This document shows positions 10,107 to 17,718 of a DNA stretch of 64,000 bases, piece by piece (the stretch's first letter is position 1; each line of letters opens with the position of its first letter). The DNA comes from a virus (lineage: Duplodnaviria; Heunggongvirae; Uroviricota; Caudoviricetes). Below the pieces are notes generated by a model. It was not told the DNA's origin and ran no database searches. It saw nothing but the letters and a program-made list of their open reading frames with translations. Location: the IMG/VR virus record IMGVR_UViG_3300023174_000135; one strand, given 5' to 3'. The position numbers and the translations under genes were made by a program.

Positions 10107-10114
10107 TATATTTG
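10107..10114 (+). promoter_or_regulatory. putative -7 promoter box TATATTTG
   Basis: Exact TAnnTTTG match immediately upstream of the Nudix gene; implies the true start codon is the ATG at 10118 or 10166. Confidence 0.3.
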
Positions 10115-10525
10115 TATATGTTTGTTAATTTAGATATTGCGTATTCTTACCCTAAAAAGGGTGCTATGGTTTTACTATTTAATCAAGGTAAAATTTTATC
10201 TGTTTCAAGAAAATATGATCCAACACAAAAGGGACTTATTGGTGGCAAAGTAGACGAAGGTGAGACTTTTTTACAAGCCGCTATTCGTGAAGCAAAAGAA
10301 GAAACAGGTTTAGATGTATTTGGATTAATTCCAATTTTTAGTCGTATTGATGGTGAATTTTTTGCTGTTGTTTATTTAGCACAATGGAAAGGAGAAATCT
10401 ATCAAACCGATAACAAAGAAACAGGGGTTGTTGAATGGGTTGAGTGGGAAGATTTAGAAAATGGTCCTTTTGGTGCTTATAATAAAGCATTACATGAGCA
10501 TATGATAAAAAATAAATTACTATGA
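10112..10525 (+). CDS. Nudix hydrolase; start uncertain (track start is a TTG; ATG at 10118 or 10166 more likely)
   Basis: Nudix box GGKVDEGETFLQAAIREAKEETGLDV matches GX5EX7REUXEEXGU. Confidence 0.75.
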   Translation: MYMFVNLDIAYSYPKKGAMVLLFNQGKILSVSRKYDPTQKGLIGGKVDEGETFLQAAIREAKEETGLDVFGLIPIFSRIDGEFFAVVYLAQWKGEIYQTDNKETGVVEWVEWEDLENGPFGAYNKALHEHMIKNKLL

Positions 10526-11028
10526 AAGAACAAATAATTGAAGCTGTAAATAATGAAAACTGGGATGAAGCATTAAAACTTATAAAGAAAATACAAAATA
10601 AAGATAATTTCATTTTTGGATTACAAAAAGGTTGTATTAATTTATTACATGGATCATGTGACTATGAATTAATGGAACAATTTGAAAATATAGGAGTTAA
10701 AACATTTATTTGTGATACTTTACCAGATTTTCAATCTAAAGTAAGAGATGGTGAAATTAATCCTGAATTGGTAAAAAATGAATATGTTTTAGTAATGACT
10801 AACAAATCTACGGTTATATCAAGATTATTAAGCACAGATAAATGGAAAGTAAATTACTTTAAAATTACTAATAGAAGTCGTAAGGATAACAAAACAAATA
10901 AATATATCACAAATTATACTATAACTTATGATGTTGATAAAAAGCTTTCTTTTAAATCATCGGATAATCAAAATTTTTTGTTAGGATTATTAAGAGAACA
11001 TAGAATAAATAGTATTTTAGAAGATTAA
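10522..11028 (+). CDS. hypothetical protein, paralog A of a tandem pair
   Basis: Shares NWDEALKLIKK, a Gly/Asn core and C-terminal LLREHRINSILED with the next gene (NWDEIIALATQ ... LMRDSRINSILDDL). Confidence 0.55.
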   Translation: MKEQIIEAVNNENWDEALKLIKKIQNKDNFIFGLQKGCINLLHGSCDYELMEQFENIGVKTFICDTLPDFQSKVRDGEINPELVKNEYVLVMTNKSTVISRLLSTDKWKVNYFKITNRSRKDNKTNKYITNYTITYDVDKKLSFKSSDNQNFLLGLLREHRINSILED

Positions 11029-11032
11029 AATT

Positions 11033-11566
11033 ATGGATTATAACGAATTAATACTACAAGCTTTAGAGGAAAAAAATTGGGATGAAATAATAGCTTTAGC
11101 AACACAAGCAAAAAATACCCAACTTGGAGAAGTTTTCTTAGGAATAAGAAAAGGTTATGTAAACTTATTTAATGGATATGATAACTTGTTATATCAAATG
11201 TTTACTAAACTTGGTGTAAAATGTGTTTGGGCCAGAACACAACCGAATTTAAATAAATTAATTAAAAATGGTGATTTGTCATTAGATTTAATTATGAATG
11301 AACCAGTAATTATTTTTTCTGGAAAAGCAACCGTAAATGATAAATTAATGCGATTAAAATGGCCGGTTTGTTTATTTACTAGTAGAGTCAAAACTAAAAA
11401 AACAAAAGAAAAGGATAAAAATGGTTCTTCAATATATGATTATACATATTTTATTAGAAATCATATGACAAATGAGGAAATTTCTTTTAATAGAGAAAAT
11501 AGTGAAAACGCTTTAACAGCTCTAATGCGTGATAGTCGTATTAATTCTATTCTCGATGATTTGTAA
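11033..11566 (+). CDS. hypothetical protein, paralog B of the tandem pair
   Basis: See paralog A; 4-nt spacing from the previous gene. Confidence 0.55.
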   Translation: MDYNELILQALEEKNWDEIIALATQAKNTQLGEVFLGIRKGYVNLFNGYDNLLYQMFTKLGVKCVWARTQPNLNKLIKNGDLSLDLIMNEPVIIFSGKATVNDKLMRLKWPVCLFTSRVKTKKTKEKDKNGSSIYDYTYFIRNHMTNEEISFNRENSENALTALMRDSRINSILDDL

Positions 11567-12158
11567 TCTTGATAATGTTATAATAGCAACTGGTTTGCAC
11601 CCAAGTAGGGTGCAAAATGTATATGTATTTGGTAGTCAAATATATTCAACCGCTACTGAAACTTCTGATTGGGATTTATTAGTTGTAGCAAAAACTCCTT
11701 ATCCTGAAAAAGAAATAGTTGTCGACAATTTTAATATACATATATTAACTTTAGACCGTTTTTTAGAAGGTTTAAAACAACAAAATATAGGTAGAATTGA
11801 ATGTATAATGTCACCTATTATTTTAAAACAAGATATTGATTTCGAATGGAAACTTAACATTCCTGGATTTAGGCATTTTATTTCCCATATTTGTTCTAAT
11901 TCATGGGTAAAATGTAAAAAGAAATTAGAGCAAGGTGATTATTATATAGGTATAAAATCTTTATTTCATAGTTTAAGAATTTTCATATTTGCTACACAAA
12001 TAATAGAATATGGTAAAATAGTTGATTTTACAGCTGCTAATTATATATGGGATAAATTAATATCTAAAACTTGGACATGGCAAGAATTAGATTTAGAATT
12101 TAAACCATTGAGAAATAATTTAATGTCTGAGTTTAGGAAATTAACTTTTAAAAATTAA
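11529..12158 (+). CDS. minimal nucleotidyltransferase (pol-beta-like NTase fold); start uncertain, may lie inside or just after a strong hairpin at 11593-11617
   Basis: VYVFGSQIYSTATETSDWDLLVV matches the G[SG]...D-x-D signature of MNT-type nucleotidyltransferases. Confidence 0.5.
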   Translation: MIVVLILFSMICNLDNVIIATGLHPSRVQNVYVFGSQIYSTATETSDWDLLVVAKTPYPEKEIVVDNFNIHILTLDRFLEGLKQQNIGRIECIMSPIILKQDIDFEWKLNIPGFRHFISHICSNSWVKCKKKLEQGDYYIGIKSLFHSLRIFIFATQIIEYGKIVDFTAANYIWDKLISKTWTWQELDLEFKPLRNNLMSEFRKLTFKN

Positions 12159-14497
12159 CTAACTAATGCTACAGCAGAAAACCAAGTGCCTTCATTAACA
12201 GAACCTCTTTGTATATTTTTAGTGGTTCCAGTTCCTTGATAAGCGGTAAAATCTACATAATCGGTTGTTCCATTTAAATAAATTATTTTACTCCCTGCTA
12301 ATGTTTGCCCTGCGACTGCGGTTGTTGGTTGTTGTATTATCATAAATGTTGTTCCACTTTTTCTAGCTTGTATATTTACTTGTTGGCTAGAAGTTCCTAA
12401 ATTTTCAAACCATACACCAAAATGAATTGTGTAATATGCTGCAACAGTTGGTGTGAAACGATAAGTTGAACCATTCCACCAATTCTGTGGATCAAAATCA
12501 ATAGTAAATTGAATAGTTGTATCAACACCAGAAGGAATTGATTGTGTCGAAGCATTTAATTTACCTTGTGATATATAAGGATTAGAATTTAAAGTTGTGC
12601 CATAAGTTACTAATCCAGTGTTACTATTATAAAATAAAGAATATGTGCCAACTGTTGATTGTGTGATGCTATTTATCGTAATACCTGAGGTAGCTATTAT
12701 CATAGCATTTGTATTATTGGTTTTGAAAACTAAATTATAATTATCATTTGTGCCTAATGTTGCTGTTGCTCCAAAAGAATTACCACCTTGCGCATAATAT
12801 CCCAGAGTCAATGCTGTTGCGCCTACATTACCATTAGTATCGATAAATAAATATCTTGTGCTACCAGTTAGACCATAAATCTGTAAAGTATTTGTAGTTA
12901 ATAAACTTTTAACATAAACAGAATAATCACTATTAACTGTAAATAAAGGTAAACCTGATATAGCATTAACTGTAAATAATGAACCTGTTAAACCATCTAC
13001 AACAGAGAATAATTGACCTGATGAACCATTTATATTAATAAGAGTTGAACCACTTACAGTTGAAGAAATATAAATTGAGCCAGATAAACCTAATTGACTA
13101 GTTGAAGGGTTAAATGTTAAGTTATTAACTGCAATAGCATTATTTACAGAGTTAGTAGCAATTAATAAACGGAATGGTGCTGGATTAGATATTATGTTAG
13201 TTAAAGCAGCATTATATGATAATCTACCAGTAGTAGGGTCTACTGTAACACTATAAGTTGAACTTGATGTTTGTATTAGTGGTAAATAAAATTGACCAGA
13301 TATAGAAGCTGAACCAGTAACGTCTAAACTATAAGAAGGTGATAAATTATTTATACCCACATTACCCGCAGTTGTGATATTTATTCTAGGTAAACCACCG
13401 TTATATAAACGAAGTTGATTTGAAGCACTTACTAAATACATTACATTTGAATTATCTAATGTAATAGATTGTCCTGCATCAACTCTAATTTCACCACCTG
13501 CAACATATAATTTAGATATAGAAGCAGTGCTACCTAAACTAACAAATCCATTATTAAGTATATTTAATAGAGGTGTGTTAGCACTATTCTGCACTAAAAA
13601 TGATGTTGTAGTCGACGTGGTACCACTACCAACAATTAATACTTTTTGTGTATTAGTTGATGATGTGCCAATACTAATATTACCAGAAGTTGCTATTATT
13701 AATGCTGGTATACTATTTGTTTCTAATACTAAATTATAATTATCATTTGTTCCAAACATTGCTGTTGCACCAAATGAGTTACCACCTTGAACATAAAATG
13801 AAGCGGTTGAAGGTAATGGACCTTGTGGACCAGTTAAACCCTGGAATCCTTGGAAGCCCTGTACACCTTGGAAGCCTTGTGGTCCAGTTAAACCTTGGAA
13901 ACCTTGGAAACCTTGTGGACCAGTTAAACCTTGGAATCCTTGGAAACCTTGTGGACCAGTTAAACCTTGGAATCCTTGGAAACCTTGTGGACCAGTTAAA
14001 CCTTGGAATCCTTGGAAACCTTGTGGACCAGTTAAACCTTGGAATCCTTGGAAACCTTGTGGGCCAGTTAAACCTTGTAAGCCTTGAACTCCTTGGAAAC
14101 CTTGTGGTCCAGTTAAACCTTGTAAGCCTTGAACTCCTTGGAAACCTTGTGATCCAGTTATTTGAGATGACCTTTGTGTTACCCAATTATTACCGTTACT
14201 TAAAAGCCTAACACTATCATATTGACTTAATGAATAAGTAAAACTATTATCGATAGTTTGTGAAGCGGTACCTATAATTGAAATAACACCAGAACCACTA
14301 TTTTTCAAAACATATGACCTATTGTAATTTGGAGTAGGAGATACTGCTGTCGGTAAAACAACAGAAAAAGATCCTGATAAGCAATCAATAAAATAATCAT
14401 TGTCAGTAGGTATATAAGATTGTGTAATTCCTTTGTATGAGTAGTAAACACCACCCATTACAATCATACCATTTTTTATTACTAGTTCATTAGCCAT
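12155..14497 (-). CDS. collagen-like fibre protein with C-terminal C1q/TNF-like globular domain (BclA-like architecture) and duplicated GNSFGATA modules
   Basis: About 38 uninterrupted G-X-Y triplets (GPQGFQGLT...); C-terminus YYTIHFGVWFENLG...VNIQARKSGTTFMII...LNGTTDYVDF...TWFSAVALVS follows C1q/TNF jelly-roll spacing; the C-terminal module is shared with the genes at 29138 and 34631. Confidence 0.7.
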   Translation of the reverse strand: MANELVIKNGMIVMGGVYYSYKGITQSYIPTDNDYFIDCLSGSFSVVLPTAVSPTPNYNRSYVLKNSGSGVISIIGTASQTIDNSFTYSLSQYDSVRLLSNGNNWVTQRSSQITGSQGFQGVQGLQGLTGPQGFQGVQGLQGLTGPQGFQGFQGLTGPQGFQGFQGLTGPQGFQGFQGLTGPQGFQGFQGLTGPQGFQGFQGLTGPQGFQGVQGFQGFQGLTGPQGPLPSTASFYVQGGNSFGATAMFGTNDNYNLVLETNSIPALIIATSGNISIGTSSTNTQKVLIVGSGTTSTTTSFLVQNSANTPLLNILNNGFVSLGSTASISKLYVAGGEIRVDAGQSITLDNSNVMYLVSASNQLRLYNGGLPRINITTAGNVGINNLSPSYSLDVTGSASISGQFYLPLIQTSSSTYSVTVDPTTGRLSYNAALTNIISNPAPFRLLIATNSVNNAIAVNNLTFNPSTSQLGLSGSIYISSTVSGSTLININGSSGQLFSVVDGLTGSLFTVNAISGLPLFTVNSDYSVYVKSLLTTNTLQIYGLTGSTRYLFIDTNGNVGATALTLGYYAQGGNSFGATATLGTNDNYNLVFKTNNTNAMIIATSGITINSITQSTVGTYSLFYNSNTGLVTYGTTLNSNPYISQGKLNASTQSIPSGVDTTIQFTIDFDPQNWWNGSTYRFTPTVAAYYTIHFGVWFENLGTSSQQVNIQARKSGTTFMIIQQPTTAVAGQTLAGSKIIYLNGTTDYVDFTAYQGTGTTKNIQRGSVNEGTWFSAVALVS
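13807..14161. repeat. 27-nt periodic direct repeats encoding collagen G-X-Y triplets
   Basis: Near-identical units ccttggaatccttggaaaccttgtggaccagttaaa repeated about 13 times in the coding sequence. Confidence 0.85.
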
Positions 14498-14543
14498 TAT
14501 ATAATATAAAATTAAGTATATTATATATTAATTTATCAACTGC

Positions 14544-16526
14544 TTAAGTCGTTAATGTAACACATTGAGAATCAGTTAAAGGTGTATTCCAAAGAGCCAT
14601 TTGATTTATATAATAAGTATTACCAACACTAAATGTTCTTAATGTATCTAAAGCTACTGGTGTAAAACTTGAAGTATTAACTTTTGTACCATTTACAAAT
14701 GTACTTATTGTTGCGCCATTCCAAGCTACAGCAATTTTAGCATTTAAAGTTAAAGTTGTGTATGTAGTTGCTAAAACACCAGCAACTTGTGTCCATACTC
14801 TTAATCTACCCGAAGCTTGTGCACCACCAATCCATATATTATCAGCACTAGCCCCAACAAAATTATTTCCTAATCCTAATTGTTGAGCAAGTCCATTATC
14901 AGACGTTGTAGATATATTATTACTTAAATCGATGAGCCATGTACCACCAACCGATGATACAAGATTATTTGTATAAATACCTGATTTTTGTATAGTTGAA
15001 GCAGAACGGGTGACAGTTGTTGATGTTGTTGGAATATATGATGTTACAAAAGCACAATTTTGCGAACCAGATGCCGCAGTTTCAACTTGTGCGCCCCATG
15101 CTAATATATCAGCGGAATTAGAAGTATTAAATGTTCCTCTTAATCCCCAATATATACCATCACAATTTGTAGCAGGAAAATTATATCTATTCCATGATGT
15201 TGTTACTAATTGAGGTAATAATGCAGTACCACCACCAGCTCTTAATAATACTGAATAGGTTGCAGCAGTATTTGATTTCATCCATATAGATATTACACCA
15301 TAAGTTGCTGTAATTATTCCAAGTTTATTTATAACTGATAAATCACCAATTGCAGTTCCTCCATTTAAAGCAAATTGAAATCTGGCTGCTGTTTGTGTTC
15401 CATCAGGAGCAGTGGCATAATTAGCAGTTATTATTGGCAAACTACCAGTTCCACCATTTAATCTAGAAGTTGTCCAATAAGTATTACTAAAATCTTGTGA
15501 ATATAAAACATTATTTGTTCTTTGTGGTTCCAATAATAAACTTGGAAAACTTAAAGTTGCCCCATAATCATACTGAGGTATATTATTATTAAGTGTTTCT
15601 ATAACATTTGACGAATTAATTCTTGTTGCTGCTGAACCTCTTGAAAAAGTTATTCCACCATAAGATAATAATGAATTCGGTATAATACTTTGTATAACAC
15701 TTGTTGTATAACCAACTGGAACCATTAAAAATGTTGCTGTATCTAATAAATTATTTGCTATTAATGTATTAGTCCTATTTAATAAATTGTCTCTTGCTTC
15801 TATTAAACCATTTTTTCCACTAATTAAAGATAAATAATAAAAATAATAATTGTTTTTATTATTACTAAATCTATTTCTTATTGCCATCCAATTTTGCATA
15901 ACTTGTGATGCATTTAGAGCAGTATTATATAAACCTATTCTATATAAACAAAGATTAGCTAATGCGTAATTAACACCAAATGAAGGCACACCAGTTGGAG
16001 CCGAAGGAGTCATTCCAAAAATAGAGCTAATTAGTGAGCCATTAAGATATATACTTAATTTTGAACCATTAAATGTTCCGGTCACATCGTAAATAACACC
16101 AGCAGTTACACTTGTTATTCCTATTGACGAATATGACGGACTTATATTTTGATTATTTGTTATTACGACTAAATTTCTATTTGCATTACCTACTTCATAA
16201 TAAACACCATTAGTTTGAAATGAACCATCATATAATAATCCAGAATAACCAAATGTAGCCATTGTTATTACTTGTATAGTAAAATTATGTGTAAATTGTT
16301 GATAAGGTATGTGATTATATAAATTTATATAATCATTTATACCATCAAATATAAAAGCTCCACCAGCTGCATTATCCCATAATATGCCATTAACTAATGT
16401 AGTTTGTAAAGTTGAATATAAGTCACTCCAAGTTGCACCTGCGCCTGAATATGAATTAGGATTTGCTGCATCTAGATATGTAACTAAACCATCTTGAATT
16501 ATATATGAACCATTTATACTTGACAT
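14544..16526 (-). CDS. large structural or fibre protein with N-terminal concanavalin-A/LamG-type domain
   Basis: N-terminus YLDAANPNSYSGAGATWSDL...FDGINDYINL...ASQVMQNWMAIRNRF is a LamG_3-type signature; a downstream EPQRTNNVLYSQDFSNTYW...APDGTQTA jelly-roll module is shared with the genes at 17719 and 22736. Confidence 0.65.
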   Translation of the reverse strand: MSSINGSYIIQDGLVTYLDAANPNSYSGAGATWSDLYSTLQTTLVNGILWDNAAGGAFIFDGINDYINLYNHIPYQQFTHNFTIQVITMATFGYSGLLYDGSFQTNGVYYEVGNANRNLVVITNNQNISPSYSSIGITSVTAGVIYDVTGTFNGSKLSIYLNGSLISSIFGMTPSAPTGVPSFGVNYALANLCLYRIGLYNTALNASQVMQNWMAIRNRFSNNKNNYYFYYLSLISGKNGLIEARDNLLNRTNTLIANNLLDTATFLMVPVGYTTSVIQSIIPNSLLSYGGITFSRGSAATRINSSNVIETLNNNIPQYDYGATLSFPSLLLEPQRTNNVLYSQDFSNTYWTTSRLNGGTGSLPIITANYATAPDGTQTAARFQFALNGGTAIGDLSVINKLGIITATYGVISIWMKSNTAATYSVLLRAGGGTALLPQLVTTSWNRYNFPATNCDGIYWGLRGTFNTSNSADILAWGAQVETAASGSQNCAFVTSYIPTTSTTVTRSASTIQKSGIYTNNLVSSVGGTWLIDLSNNISTTSDNGLAQQLGLGNNFVGASADNIWIGGAQASGRLRVWTQVAGVLATTYTTLTLNAKIAVAWNGATISTFVNGTKVNTSSFTPVALDTLRTFSVGNTYYINQMALWNTPLTDSQCVTLTT

Positions 16527-16539
16527 TTAATTTATTATT

Positions 16540-17235
16540 TTATTTACCATATCTACTTTTAGATGATTTATAATTCTGTAAAACTTCTACATTACTTAAA
16601 GTTCGGTTATATATTATACAATTTGCTATATTAGCATTAATACCTTCTGTGATAGCAGCCGAATTTCCTAAATATGTTGCGGTTGATGCTGAAGTACCTG
16701 CACCTGTATAACTTGCTGATGCAACAATTAAACCATCTATATATGTGAACATAGTATTTATATTCCAAGTTAATGCAAAATTATACCATGTGCTAGTAGT
16801 TAAACCACCAAATGTTGCTGAAAATGTTGATGATATACCTCTTACACCATCAAAAGAGCCACTGCTATTTTGTCTTATATAATAACGATTAGTTCCCGAA
16901 CCAATAGAATTAAAAATAAATTTGTTAGAACCAACTGCATTTAAATATGACCATACCATAATTGTGCCTGCAGAATCTGATATGTTACTTCCATCAAATA
17001 TAGCATAATCATTTATTCCATCAAAACTAATGACACCATTGTTAATTGAAGTAAATGTAGCACCATTTACTAAACTCATTTTAATTCCAAATGACAAATC
17101 ACTCCAAGTTAAGCCGCCAGTTATAGGATATGAATTAGGATTAGCTGCATCAAAATTATAAATTAATCCATTTTGCACTAAATATGCACCATATGTAACT
17201 ACTCCACCACCTGATTTTTGATTTATATTTATCAT
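16540..17235 (-). CDS. LamG-type domain protein (single domain, 231 aa)
   Basis: NFDAANPNSYPITGGLTWSDL...FDGINDYAIFDG...SNVEVLQNYKSSKSRYGK. Confidence 0.65.
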   Translation of the reverse strand: MININQKSGGGVVTYGAYLVQNGLIYNFDAANPNSYPITGGLTWSDLSFGIKMSLVNGATFTSINNGVISFDGINDYAIFDGSNISDSAGTIMVWSYLNAVGSNKFIFNSIGSGTNRYYIRQNSSGSFDGVRGISSTFSATFGGLTTSTWYNFALTWNINTMFTYIDGLIVASASYTGAGTSASTATYLGNSAAITEGINANIANCIIYNRTLSNVEVLQNYKSSKSRYGK

Positions 17236-17249
17236 CTATTTATATATTT

Positions 17250-17687
17250 TTAAGCAAATACTCTAAACGGTATTTGTGGTGTATTTAATTTGAAACCATC
17301 AATTGGACTGATATAATTATCAACATCAATATCAATCGAAAAACTTCTTATATTAATAAGCCACTTTCCATCTATATTACCTAAAAAGTCAATATAATTA
17401 TCATTTACCATATCAACTGTAAATCCAGTTTGAGTATTAAGATTTAGTGTATTATTTAATGAAAGATATTCATTAATACCATCAAAAAATATATTACCAT
17501 AATTAAAAGAATTATAGGAAGGTGTATTATATAATGTAGTATTATAATTTTGCAACAAATCATTCCAAGCGGTAGCTGAAGTAACATAAGAGTTTATGTT
17601 AGCAGCATCTAAATACATTATGAGTCCATTAGTAGATATATTTGGATCATAAAAAGTTGTGCCATTATTTTGCTTAACAACAATCAT
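17250..17687 (-). CDS. truncated LamG-type paralog (N-terminal half only); possible gene remnant
   Basis: MIVVKQNNGTTFYDPNISTNGLIMYLDAANINSY...FFDGINEYLSL is present but the closing L-S-x-x-E-V-L-Q-N-Y motif is missing. Confidence 0.4.
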   Translation of the reverse strand: MIVVKQNNGTTFYDPNISTNGLIMYLDAANINSYVTSATAWNDLLQNYNTTLYNTPSYNSFNYGNIFFDGINEYLSLNNTLNLNTQTGFTVDMVNDNYIDFLGNIDGKWLINIRSFSIDIDVDNYISPIDGFKLNTPQIPFRVFA

Positions 17688-17718
17688 ATTTTATATATTA
17701 AAAAGTTATAAACCAAAC

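Noticed and set aside
13807-14161. Regular short direct repeats that superficially resemble a CRISPR array
   Set aside because: The repeats are 27 nt with no unique spacers. They are in frame within a long ORF and encode G-X-Y collagen triplets. Similar tracts occur at 29760-29965 and 40380-40740. This is not CRISPR.
13690-14211. ORFs 13690-14211 (+) and 13779-14186 (-, RFPR-repeat protein), plus many other 60-140-aa track ORFs lying antisense or out of frame inside larger genes: 447-641, 6219-6431, 7279-7461, 8743-8973, 10338-10613, 11194-11391, 13527-13739, 15010-15213, 22520-22728, 26878-27072, 28221-28403, 29767-30003, 32068-32250, 33919-34155, 36495-36695, 36861-37163, 38109-38327, 38814-39089, 40388-40801, 41299-41631, 42108-42377, 42810-43237, 43379-43786, 43792-44004, 45631-45897, 55768-55956, 57105-57326, 60165-60425, 61200-61505, 61583-61822, 63302-63721, 63309-63509
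   Set aside because: They are alternative-frame or antisense readings of well-supported genes. Repetitive collagen-coding DNA stays open in several frames, and low-complexity reverse translations lack start context. Treated as spurious.
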